From: Callorhinchus milii
Lineage: Eukaryota
DNA length: 64,000 nucleotides
Assembly: GCF_018977255.1 (NCBI RefSeq)
Contig: NW_024704743.1
Span: 113,152,001-113,216,000 of the forward strand
Direction of reading: 5' to 3'
Part shown: positions 38,639-50,723 of the stretch, piece after piece
How the letters are laid out: each line of letters starts with the position of its first letter
How positions within the stretch are numbered: position 1 is the first letter of the stretch
The notes under the pieces: generated by a model
Told to the model about the DNA's origin: nothing
Database searches by the model: none
Seen by the model: the letters and a program-made list of their open reading frames with translations, nothing else
Position numbers and translations under genes: made by a program

Positions 38639-40972
38639 CTGAGAAAGCAATATTAGACACATGTTAGTCACATCCTGAGTTCCTGATTAGCTGCCAAATA
38701 ATTGATCTCGGCAGTTCTTACTTCAGGTGCTGCAAATACCATCAGAAAGATACAGCATTCCACAAAATAATAATCCTTGTATTTGATATAATAATCCTTG
38801 CATCTGACATAGTGTCTTATCACATCTTCGAGACGTCTCAAAGCGCTTCATAGAATATACTTGCACGGTTTTTATGTGGTACGACCCTGAGGTAAGATAG
38901 TAAGGAAGCAATAGATAAATCAAAGGGTTAATTTATTAATCAAAAGAAGATTAATAGACAGTTACACGTTTCAGGTTTACACTGCAGAAGATGATTCAGG
39001 GCAGGCTGATCTCAACTTTCTCTGGGGACACCAACACACCAATAATCCTTTGGCTAATTGTTTAGCTACAAACCTACAAGGCCCATGGGATCCAGTATCT
39101 CACAGTGTCCAACTGTGTCTAACAGTGTCCCATGGTGTACAATCTGTTAACACTTGTTTAGCTCTTTTATACCCCAAAGTTCGAACACATGATGACAAAA
39201 TAACAATAATAAAGGTGTAGCCAGAGGCCATTCTACCCAATCAAAGTTCAGTTTGATTGTCCAATCGTATTCCTGAATTGATCCATCCAAATCATCTTTC
39301 CACACATAGAAACCATTGATAACCCCAAGGTTATCAAGGTTTTAATCTCAGGAATTTGGGAGTTCTTCTCAAAGCCTCTGATACCAAGTGTGAAAAGTTG
39401 AATTCGACAGTTAATTGCCCTTCCTTGACACCTTCACATAGTAAAATCCTTTCAAAATCTCGTCCAAGCAGACTGCAAGGCACCAAGAGTTCCATTAATC
39501 AGGACAATGTCAGGTTAACTCGAAGCCACACGTTTCTGACCTTGTGAATGTTGACTTTTGGTGTCTTCTTGGTTGATTGTAAAGTCTCTTGTGTATCAAC
39601 ACAATGTCCATTTTGTTTACTTGAGATAGCCTGTTAAGACACCATTCTTCTAAATAAGGAAAGGAATCACCCTATCCACCAAGTCTTCATCAAATGTATC
39701 ACAGATCTCCAAAACACAGACCCCGTTCCATTTGTCTCAAATTCTCTCTCTCACATTCCTTAAGATCAATTAAGATTGTTCTAGTTCGTTACATACATTT
39801 TGGGGTATTAAACAATGATTTTAAACCTCTTCCTCCTGTAATGGGTGTGATCTATGAGAATCACCCACGATACATAATCACATCTGAACTCCCAGTTCAG
39901 GTCAAAATCCTCCTGACTGCCCAAATTAAACCATCGTCTGCATATGTAATAATTGTAATCTTTCAACAAACCATTATTTCCAATGTAAAAAAACCTTCAA
40001 ACAGCTATTCTGACAATGTTCCTTTAAAACAATTGGTAATTACCATTAGTCTACATTTCCTTTGCTGCTTTTCATTGGAAATATTCATTAATCCATCAAT
40101 TTAGTTAACAACAACTTGCCTTTATATAGCACCCCTCAAGCATGGTAGCGTCACAGAGTGCTTGAAAGGTCAAGGTCAACAGTGCAATTAGAATTGTGAC
40201 GTCTGGTATGAAACCTTTGTGTCAATTGGTTCTTCAGATTGTATATTTTGCATTTGATTATAAGTAGGAAAAATCAGTTATGGGACCCCACCTGTGTCAA
40301 ATGTAAGGGTGTGAAGCAAAACAAAATTTGGTTTCGTCAGACAAATTACATTTCCAGCATTGGTATAATTTGTCTCTCAAGTACATATACAATTATTATA
40401 GAACACTGTCCTTGTATATTGTATGTGACTTTAGTCCAAGACCCTTTCTATTTAATTAATTTTACTGGATTGTTCCTACATATCCAATACATTCTTTGAG
40501 GAATTCTCTTTGGGAATTCTACATATGCCTTGATTTACTTCAAACACTTCACAACGACATCAATGTCCTGTTTGGATACAAATTAGAAACACCATGCTTC
40601 ATCCCTAAGCTCTCTGAGATGCCATCCAGCGTGGAGGGCGCTATATAAATCCAAGTTGGTGTTGTTGGTTTTATTAGCAATTTAGGTAATTTAACCCTTT
40701 TTATATAAATGTCTACTTCCAAAACTACAGAATGCAGTTTATCTGAATATGGATATTCAATCTAAATGAATAGCACCCTCCACTATTCTTTATTTTAGTA
40801 TGAATTTACTTGATTCGTTGTTTCTTATCTAATCTTTCCACTTTAACTAATCTAATGGTTTGTGATTCTTATCATCCTAACACCTGCGCTTTATCACACC
40901 CGACGCATGCAAAACACACGATTGCCAATGTAGATCCTATCCTCTGTACAGGTATTGGCCACTGTTGTTAAG

Positions 40973-41296
40973 TGTGGAGTCCTGTAGCTCAGTGGTTAGA
41001 GCACTCGCTTTGCAAGAGAGAGACCTGAGTTCAATTCCAGGCAGAGGGCAAAACCTTGGGCAAGTTTCCTTACTCCACACAGAGCCTAATAATAATCCCT
41101 CCAAAAAACCAAAAACAATAATAAATTGGTCATTTTCAATCCACGACTGTTTGTGGGACATTGCTGTGCGCAATTGGCTGCCGCGTTCGCCCACAAATAT
41201 ACAGTCAATTCACTTTACAGTGTGTTCTGTGAAGCGCTTTGGGACGTCCTCCCGACGTGAAAAGCGCTATATCAAATGCAAGGATTATTATTATTA
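40973..41296 (+). mobile_element. Full-length young tRNA-derived SINE nested in the provirus
   Basis: Head with a TGC anticodon-like loop, Deu-like core, L2 tail, (tta)n. Confidence 0.95.
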
Positions 41297-41710
41297 AGTA
41301 GATGATTGATTGTCCTATACCCCATTTTCTCCTTTGTCTTCCTTGCCCTGCCTCCCCGCTCTTTGTTAGCCCTTAAAAGCCTCTCCCTCCCAAAATACCC
41401 CAGTTCTGACGAAGGATCGTGGACCCGAAACGTTGACTCGCTTTCCTTTCTCCATAATAATAATCCTTGCATTTGATATAGCGCTTTTCACGCCTTCTAG
41501 ACGTCTCAAAGCACTTCACAGAATATACTGTAAAGTGAATTGACTGTATATTTGTGGGCGAAACGCGGCAGCCAATTGCGCACAGCAGTGTCCCACAAAC
41601 AGTCGTAGACTGAAGTGACCAATTTACTATTTTTTGAGGATTAAATGCTGCCTGACCTACTTAGTGTTCCATGGACTTCTCTGTTTTTGTTTCAGATTTC
41701 CAGCATCTGC
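41297..41710 (+). mobile_element. Penelope-like terminal fragment with a hammerhead-like motif, interrupted by a - strand SINE at ~41454-41635
   Basis: CTGACGAaggatcgtggacccGAAAcgttgac (41406-41437) and ...atttccagcatctgcagtattttgc terminus, related to the 20.7 kb copy. Confidence 0.65.
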
Positions 41711-42717
41711 AGTATTTTGCGTTTTGATTGACTGGGTTGTACTTGTCCACTCGTCTCCCCCCAAGACGGTCGAGATGAAATTGAATGTGAAGACCGGCTT
41801 TGTGGGTGGGAGGATTGATGCGAAAAGTCGTCCCAGAAGAAGTCACTGCATGGAAGGCCACCTCCATGGGTGTAACAAACCATTTTCAGTGTAGGAACTA
41901 AATCACAAGGTGATATCTCCCGTTCTTTGAACACTTCAGTTGGTTGATATGATTGCAGTAGTTAGTGACCATCACATGAGATGGGAACAGAAATTTGATC
42001 TATTTGCGCTACTGCTTCAAAATGCCCTAGCTTTACCAGGGATTCAATTGTAGCTTGGACATGATCAATAGCTGCAAAAAGAGTTTCACTTTATGTGGAA
42101 ACCAAAGAGTTAATTCTCCACGAGCAGCCTGTGCTGGTCAGCAGAACTTTTTTTTCACACACAACCTGATTTCAGGGGTGCTGTATAAATTTCTTTCTCT
42201 TGCTGTTTCCCCCCCACCCCCCCACTTAACCGATCCTATTCTTTCGATCTACTTCTGTAAATCTCTTTATTTTAGAGAACACCATTTTGACCTTTCCTGA
42301 CTCTTCACAAGTATCAAGCAGACTTAACTGTTTGAGTGTCTTCAGTTTAACCAATAAGTCTGTTCTGTCTGGAGGCATATCGGTGAGACACTAGGATCTA
42401 TACGTTGCTCAGTTAGTTGTCTCATAGCTCTAAACTCCTTCCACAATCTTTCAAATTCAGAAGTAACCATTTGTCCCAACCTTTCTTCCAAATTTAACTC
42501 CTCTTTAGTACCATCAGACTGGCAGACATGTCCCTCTAACCGAAATGTATGGTGGGCATATTGCCACAGCTCCTCTTGAGCTTTCTTTAAAATAGATTCT
42601 ACTTCTTCTGCCTTTCACTGTAAGGCTTTCTCCTTCTCCTAGAGTACTTCAACCTTTTCCATTGATTAATATCCTTAACACACAATCCACACGTCTGTAC
42701 AATCTTAACTCATCAGG

Positions 42718-42735
42718 GTCCCTGTTCGATCGCCA
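42718..42735 (-). other. Primer binding site, tRNA-Lys3 type
   Basis: TGGCGATCGAACAGGGAC vs canonical TGGCGCCCGAACAGGGAC (16/18), 5 nt after the 5' LTR end. Confidence 0.85.
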
Positions 42736-43859
42736 AAATCTGTAGCGTATTTATGTGGCATGGCCCTGAGGTAAGATAGTACAGAGTCAATGGATAAATC
42801 AAAATTAACAATTTATTAATCAAAAAACAGTAATTAAGACAGTTACAAGTTTCAGGCTTACAACAGCAGAAGATGATTCAGGGCAGGCTGATCTTGACCT
42901 TTCCCGGGGACATCAACACACCAATAATCCTTTGGCTAATTGTTTAGCAACAAACCTACACAGCCCATGGGATCCAGTATCTCACAGTGTCCAATTGTGC
43001 CTAACAGTGTCCCACGGTATCCAACCTCTTAACATTTGTTTAGTTCTTTTACACCCCAAAGTTCAGATACATGATGACGAATTAACAAGGTGTAGCCAAT
43101 CAAAGTTCACAGTTTGATTGTCCAATCATATTCCTGAATTGATCCATCCAATCATCTTTCCACACACGAGAGGCCCCAAGGTTATCAAGGTTTTAATCTC
43201 AGGAACTTGGGAGTTCTTCTTAAAACCTCTGATACCAAGTGTGAAAAGTTCAATTGGACAGTTAATTGTCCTTCCTCGACACCTTCAGGTCATAAAATCG
43301 TTTCAAAATCTCATCCAAGCAAACAGGACAACGTCAGGTTAACTCATGAATGTTTACCTTTGGTGTCTTCTTAGTTGATTGTAAAGTCTCTTGAATCAAC
43401 AATGTCCATTTTGAGATAGACTGTTACCATTCTTCCAAATAAGGAAAAGAATAACACGAAACATATCACAGAACCCCAAAACAGACATCACTCCATTTGG
43501 TTCAAATTCTCTCTCTCACATTCCTTAAGATTAATCAAGACTATTTTTTTTACATAAACTTTGGGGTATCAAAGAATTATTTTAACAATGATTTTAAACC
43601 TCTTCTTACATACTGTAAAGTGAATTGAATGTATATTTTGTGGGCGATATAGTGCCTTATCACATCTTCGAGATGTCTAAAAGCGCTTTACAGAATATAT
43701 TGTAAAGTGAATTAACTGTATATTTTGTATGTGAAACGTGGCAGCCAATTGCGCACAGCAAAGTTCCACAAACAGTCATGGATTGAACGACCAAATTATT
43801 ATTATTATATTATTTATTTTGAAGGGACTATTACCCCGGAAAACGATCCGCCAATAACA

Positions 43860-44850
43860 CCACAAGAAATTACATTTGTATGGCGCCTTTCACATCGGGA
43901 GGATGTTCCAAGGTGATGGACAGTCAAGGATTTGGACCCGAGCAGTGGGTTAGGATTGTGAGGGGTGGAGGGCAGGGAAAGTAGGGGTAGGAGAGTGATC
44001 GAAGGTATGGTCAAAGAGGAGGTCTTGAGAAGTGTCTTGAAGGAGGTAAGGGACAGAGCGAGGCAAAAGGACTATGAGCTAGAGTTCCAAAGAGTGGCGG
44101 AGGAGAGGGTGAAGACCCGACACTGATGGTGGGGTGGGCTGGGCGGGGGCTGTGGAGCAGGCCGCTGCCTGTTGAGTGGAGGAAGCGGACAGGTTAGTAT
44201 GGCTTTAGCTGATCACAGAGGTAGGAAGGAGCAAGGCCATGGAGGGCAATGAAGGTGAGGCCGAGGATTTTAAACTCTATCCTCTGGGGGATGGGGAGCC
44301 AGTAGAGCCGGGCGATGGTGGGGGTGATAGGGTCACAGAGCTGGTGCGGAAGAGGACATGAGCTGCAGAGTTTGCAGAGTAACCATACAAAATGATATTT
44401 GTATAGCGTCTCTCATGTTGGGAGGACATCCCAAGGCGCTGGACAGTCAGGGATTTGGATCCGAGCTGGGGGTCCGGGAGGGTGGAAGGTAGGAGGAGGA
44501 GTTCTGGATGATCTGCAGCTTGTGGAGGGAAGAGTTGGGAAGGCCGACAAGAAGGGAATTGACATAATCGAGCCTAGATGTGATAAATGCATGGATGAGG
44601 GTCACGGTGGCCTAAGGGGAGAAGCAGTGGCAGAGTTGGGCAATATTGTGGAGTTGGAGAGAGGAAGAGCGGGTCACAGCACGGATGTGAGGTAGAAAGG
44701 ACAGTTGAGGGTCAAACAAGACGCCAAGGTTCCGGACTGGCTCAGTGAGGTGGAGTGTGCATAATATTATTATTATATTATTATGGATGGTAATGCTGCA
44801 AGTGCCTGAGGTGTGGAGGCACAGACGGAAGCCAATCAGGAGGGCCTTAG
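43860..44850 (-). mobile_element. L2 LINE fragments
   Basis: [18 protein letters not shown] and L2 3' UTR sequence; two tails visible. Confidence 0.85.
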
Positions 44851-44872
44851 TAAGGAAGGAAAGGAAGTAAGT

Positions 44873-45602
44873 AAGTAAGGAAACTTGCCTAAGGTTTTGC
44901 CCCGCCTGTGAATCAAACCAGGGTCCTCTCGATTGCGAGGCGAGGGCTCTCACCATTAAGCTACGAGGAGTCCTGTAGCTCAGTGGTTAGAGTACTCACC
45001 TCGCAAGGTTCGATTCCCGGCAGGGCAAAACCTTGGGTAAGTTTCCTTACTCCAAATGCCTGATAATAAACCCTCAAAGAAAAAAAACAATAACGAATTG
45101 GTCACTTCAATCCACGACCGTTCGTGGGACGCTGCTGTGCGCAATTGGCTGCTGCGTTTCGCCCACAAATATACAGTCAATTCACTTTACACTATATTGT
45201 GTGAAGCGCTTTGCGACGTCTTGAAGACGTGAAAAGCGCTGTATCAAATGCAAGGATTATTATTATTAGCTGTACAATTGTGGAGTCCTGTAGCTCAGTG
45301 GTTAGAGCACTCGCTTTGCAAGTGAGACCTGAGTTCAATTCCAGGCAGAGGGTGAAACCTTGGGCAAGTTTCCTTACTCCACACAGAGCCTAATAATAAT
45401 CCCTCCAAAAAACAAAAACAATAATAAATTGGTCATTTTCAATCCACGACTGTTTGTGGGACATTGCTGTGCGCAATTGGCTGCCGCGTTCGCCCACAAA
45501 TATACAGTCAATTCACTTTACAGTGTGTTCTGTGAAGCGCTTCGGGACGTCCTCCCGGCGTGAAAAGCGCTATATCAAATGCAAAGGATTATTATTATTA
45601 TT
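44873..45602. mobile_element. SINE cluster (- head 44873-44968; + copies 44968-45268 and 45279-45602)
   Basis: Recurrent SINE consensus. Confidence 0.92.
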
Positions 45603-45842
45603 AATATTATTATTATAACACGTACATCAACAAGTGCGGCGGAGATATCGACAGCACGACGGCTTAAGTGGCAGTGACAAGTTAAGGCGGGGGCCGAGTT
45701 ATCCGGAGTTTGCTGTACAAGGCAATGTAACCCCATCAGAGCCCCTCTCACCACTCAGCCGCAGGGGGTGGGGCAGCGAGAGGGGTCCCTCAGGCCTGGA
45801 GGTGTAGTGACTGTGCGTGTGGCTCGGGTCGCCGACACTAAC

Positions 45843-45990
45843 CGTTCATGGCGTTCCTCATGGCCGTGAACTCCTCCTCCATGTCCTCGCTGAAGTAGCG
45901 GAGCAGGCAGCAGCACATGAAGTCCAGGATCCAGCCGTTGGCCACCGTCACCGTCTGCTGGAACCGCGAGCTCTCCATCTTCACCAACAT
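45843..45990 (-). CDS. TERF1: TERF1 exon 1
   Basis: MLVKMESSRFQQTVTVANGWILDFMCCCLLRYFSEDMEEEFTAMRNAMN |gttagt; compare human AVAAGWMLDFLCLSLCRAF; in-frame TAG upstream at 46051-46053; the second ATG (45978) has the better Kozak context. Confidence 0.92.
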
Positions 45991-46160
45991 CCGCCCCCAA
46001 CCGGAACTGTGCCGCCTTTTCTCCAGTCCCCCCGCGCACCCAGCGACCCCCTACGCACATCCGGTGCAACCCCCAAACGCCTCCCCCCCGCCCAATTGTT
46101 CACAGTCGCTGGGGCGAGATTGGGCGGCTTCTCGCCCAATGGGGCGGGTTTTTAATAAAA
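45991..46160 (-). promoter_or_regulatory. CpG-rich TATA-less TERF1 promoter/5' UTR
   Basis: GC-rich; GC boxes near 45991, 46088, 46142; CCAAT boxes near 46093, 46119, 46136. Confidence 0.7.
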
Positions 46161-46169
46161 ATAATAAAT

Positions 46170-47312
46170 ACTAATAATAATCTTTACGTTCGATGCGGCG
46201 CCTTATCACGTCTCCCAGACATCCCAAAGCGCTTCACAGAATACACTGTAAAGTGAACTGACTGCATATTTGTGGGCGAACCGCGGCAGCCGATTGCGCA
46301 CAGCGGTGAATGTCCCACAAACAGTCGTGGGTTGAAGTGATCAAATTATTATTGCTTTTTTTCTTGAGGGATTGTTATCGGAAGCGCTTTGGGACGTCCT
46401 CCCGACGTGAAAAGCGCTATATCAAATGCAAGGATTATTATTATTATTATTATTATCGCGCGTGCGGCAGTGAGGAAACTTGCCCAAGGTTTCGCCCCCT
46501 GCCGGGAATCGAACCCAGGTCTCTCGCTTGAGAGGCGAGTGCTCGAACCGCTGAGCTACAGGACTACATTATTGTACACTGCGTTAAACTTGTTAAAACG
46601 TTCCCCCACCACTCCCCCACCGCCCCTCCCGAAGACATAGTTTTTAAAGCCCTAAACCTAAATCGGCCACTCTCCTACCCATTGGAGGCAACGCATAACG
46701 TTGGGCTATTTTCGGACTAGTATTTGGTGGACTTTGGGCTACAAATGTGCAGTATTTTAGTTTCTAGCAAACCCTGCTCAGCGCCCGCAGGCTCCACACC
46801 CGGACACTCACTGCCTCTGCTATGCCATGGTTACAGTGTTTGAATGAAATCTAACTCAGCGGGGCAAACCTTAGGCAAGTTACCTTACTCCACACGCCTC
46901 TGTTTGCCTCGCAGTAAGTAAGAACCCAGTTGTTAGTCGATTGGCAAATCTCTTTTCTGGGGATAATAATTCCTTCAAAAAAATTGGTCACTTCAATCCA
47001 TGATTGTTTGTGGGACACTGTTGTGCGCAATTGGCTGCCGCAATTCGCCCATAAAATACACAGTCAATTCACTTTACATTGATATTCTGTGAAGAGTTTT
47101 GAGACGTCTCAAAGTTGTAATAAGGCGTTGTATCAAATGCAAGGATTATTATAATTATTATATAATAATAATAATCCTTCCATTTGATATATCCTACTTA
47201 CTGCTAGGTAAATAGAGGCGTGTGAAGTAAGGAAAGTTGCCCAACTGGGAATTGAACCCAGGTTTTTCGCTGGCGAGGCGAGTACTCTAACCACTGAGCT
47301 ACAGGACTCCAC
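46170..47312. mobile_element. SINE cluster upstream of TERF1
   Basis: - copy ~46170-46565 with a nested + tail, + copy ~46860-47170, - copy ~47160-47312. Confidence 0.85.
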
Positions 47313-47931
47313 AGTCTGGGGCAGTCCTGAGGCCCAATGAGAGTGATTTGGATCATCTGTTGATACCCTAGTTTTAATCACAAACTACTCCCAAATGTGG
47401 ACTTGGTAGATATGGTGGTACAGTAGAACATCTTACACAGTTACAAAAATGATCTTCTGTTTGAGCCCACTGGATAAAAAAATAGGAAACTGGGCAGATG
47501 GAAAACCTCACAAAACATATTAAACAGGTTGACCTCAAACGACTTAACTTATTCTTCATTTTGGTCAAATATTTTCTCCCCATTTCTCTTCTTTCCTCAT
47601 GCCATTCTGCATAACATGACGGGTTAATAGGCGGACAATCTGTTCCAAGACCAATCCCAAGTGACCACTAGGAGGTGAATAGGAGTAAACCTGGGAGACT
47701 TGCTGAATGTGGGAATTAGGTTATTTATTCTGTACTGTTTTACAACACAGTAGAGTCAAGAGCTCCTTTTGTGAGGGGTCACAGTGCAAACTTGGGGCCC
47801 AATAACACTTTGGAGTTCCAAAGTGTTATATTCCTACACTGCAATCTTCACGATTTCAGTGCACAGGATCACAGGAGAGGTCCAAACAAAAAAGGCTCTC
47901 TGGCCCAATAGATCTCATCTTTCCAGAGTAC

Positions 47932-50420
47932 AGAGAATAGTTATGGAAAAGGACAACAATCAATCAAAGGTAAAGATCCTCAACTGGAAGCGGGCTAATT
48001 TCAGTGAGCTAAAAAGGGACCTGGCCAAGATAGATTGGAAAGAAAGATTGGCAGGTAAGACAACAAAAGAACAATGGGAAACCTTCAAGGAGGAGATAGT
48101 TCGGGAACAGAGCAAATACATTCCCACAAAGGGGAAAGGTAGGACAGTCAAACCTCCCTGGATGACTAAGGAAATAGGGATTAAAATAAAACAGAAAAAG
48201 GAGGCTTATGACAAATGTCAGGTCCAAAACACACAGAATAATGAAATAGAATATAGGAAGTACAGAGGAGAAGTGAAAAAGGAAATAAGAGGGGCGAAGA
48301 GATTGTATGAGAAAAGATTAGCAGGAAACATGAAAGGAAACCCTAAGGTATTTTATAATCATATCAAGAGTAAAAGGTTAGTCAAAGGTAGGGTGGGTCC
48401 AATTAGGGACCCTAGTGGAAATCTTCTTGTTGAGGCAGAGGGCATGGCTGATGTACTAAATAAGTACTTTGCAACTGTCTTCGCAAAAGAAGACGATGCA
48501 ATCAATGCCACAATATCGCAGGCGTGTGAACAGAAATTGGTAAGCTAAAAATCAACGGAGAGGTGGTACTGAAAAGGCTGTCGGTGCTCAACATAGATAA
48601 GTCAGCTGGTCTGGACGGGATGCATCCTAGGTTACTGAGGGAAGCAAGGTTGAAAATAGCGGAGGCTCTGGCCACAATCTTTCTTTGGACACTGGAGTGG
48701 TGCCAGAGGACTGGAAGGTTGCAAATGTTACTCCCCTGTACAAAAAGGGGCAGAAGGATAAACCTGAGAACTACAGGCCAATCAGCCTAACATCAGTAGT
48801 AAGGAAACTTCTGGAGACTATAATCCGGGACAATATAAATTCTCACTTAATAATAATAATAATCCTTGCATTTGATATATAGTGAATTGACAGTATATTT
48901 GTGGGCGAACGCGGCAGCCAATTGCGCACAGCAATGTCCCACAAACAGTCGTAGATTGAAAATGACCAATTTATTATTGTTTTTGTTTTTTTGGAGGGAT
49001 TATTATTAGGCGTGTGGAGTAAGGAAACTTGCCCAAGGTTTGGCCCTGCCTGGAATTGAACTCAAGTCTCTCGCTTGCAAAGCGAGTGCTCTAACCACTG
49101 AGCTACAGGACTCCACTTAGAAAAATATGGTTTAATAAAGGACAGTCAACACGGATTTGTTAAAAGCAGATCGTGTCTGACAAACCTAATAGAATTTTCT
49201 GATGAAGTGACTGAGAGGGTGGATGAAGGTAGTGCAGTAGATGTAGTTTATCTAGATTTTCAAAAGGCATTTGACAAAGTGCCACATAAGAGACTTGTAA
49301 ACAAAATAGAAGCCCATGGTATTAAAGGAACTGTGGCAACATGGATCCAGAACTCGCTAGGAGACAGAAAGCAGAGAGTGGTAGTAAACGGTTGCTTTTC
49401 TGACTGGAGGGAGGTGTGTAGTGGTGTCCCTCAGGGGTCGGTATTGGGATCACTGCTCTTTCTAATCTATATTAATGATCTGGACCTGGATATAGGGAGC
49501 ACAATTTCCAAATTTGCAGATGATACTAAGCAAGGAAAACTAGTTAATGGTGAGGAGGATAGCACCAGACTTAAAGAGGACTTAGACAGATTGGTAAAAT
49601 GGGCAGAAACGTGGCAGATGAGATTTAATGTGGAGATATGCGAAGCGTTGCATTTTGGTAGGAAGAATGAGGAGAGGCAGTATAAGCTGATGGTACAATC
49701 TTAAAGGGGGCAAATGAACAGAGAGACCTGGGGGTCCACATAAAGAAATCTCTGAAGGTGGCAGGACAGGTAGTTAAAGCTGTTAAAAAAAAATACGGGA
49801 TACTAGGTTTTATAAATAGGAGCATAGAATTCAAAAGTTGAATGTTTATAAAATGCTGGTTAGGCCTCAGTTGGAGTACTGCGTTGAGTTCTGGGCACCA
49901 CACTTTAGGAAAGATGTTAGGGCATTGGGAGAGGGTCCAAAGGAGGTTTACCAGGATGGTACCAGGAATGAAGGACCTTAGTTATGAGGAGAGGTTAGCG
50001 AAACTAGGATTATTCTTCCAAGATCAGAGACGATTAAGAGAGGATTTAATAGAAGTTTTCAAGATCATGAGAGGATTTGATAGGTTGAACCGGGAAAAAC
50101 TGTTGCCATTGGCATGTGGGTCAGTAACCCGAGGTCACTAATTTAAGTTAGTTATTAAAAGAAACAGAGAGGAGGTTAGGAAACATTTTTTCACCCAGTG
50201 AGTTGTTCAGATCTAGAATGCATTACCTGAAAGGGTAGTGGAAGCCAATTCAATAACAACTTTTAAGAGGAAGTAGATAGATATTTGGGGAGGACAAGAT
50301 TGCCAGGCTATGGAGAGAAAGTGGGCCACTGGGATTGAGTTGGATTGCTCTTTTTGGAGCTGGCGCAAACATGATGGGCCAAATGGCCTCTTTCTGTGCT
50401 GTATGATTCTATGATTCTAT
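47932..50420 (+). mobile_element. 5'-truncated CR1 LINE (decayed ORF2 RT)
   Basis: [46 protein letters not shown]; (attctatg)n tail; candidate TSD gagtac at 47926-47931 and 50421-50426. Confidence 0.95.
48850..49113 (-). mobile_element. SINE nested in the CR1
   Basis: Interrupts the CR1 ORF; cactta duplicated at 48844-48849 and 49114-49119. Confidence 0.93.
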
Positions 50421-50723
50421 GAGTACCAATCCGGTTGTCTTCAGATTACAGCACCACATTGTTTCTTAAATAAGACCAGTTGTCTTTACCATCCTTTTTG
50501 GTAACCTGTCCAGCTGTTGATTACTCTCTGTGTAAAGACATACTTTTTTGTGTCTTTCCTAAAGTTATTTTGCCTTACCGGAACTGAAAATTAGAAAACA
50601 GAAATCACATTATTGCAAAATCGTGCGTATTTTACACAAACAAATCTGCCTGTAAGCTAACATTTTTTTTCGACAATCCAAGACTTGGGTGGACATTAAC
50701 GACAGATGTTTTTACACTTCAAA

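Larger units (their letters stand above)
38862..43610 (-). mobile_element. Two-LTR, internally deleted LTR retroelement/ERV in TERF1 intron 1
   Basis: Homologous LTRs ~38862-39832 and 42741-43610 (TG...CA); 4-bp TSD TACT at 38858-38861 and 43611-43614 splitting a SINE; Lys-type PBS; decayed gag-like frame from ATG 42662. Confidence 0.88.

Noticed and set aside
40973..41045. tRNA-Ala-like sequences here and at other SINE starts
   Set aside because: SINE heads continuous with a repeat body, not tRNA genes
45755..46174. Overlapping GC-rich ORFs in the track (45755-46069, 45817-46155, 45917-46174)
   Set aside because: Alternative frames or antisense of TERF1 exon 1 in a CpG island
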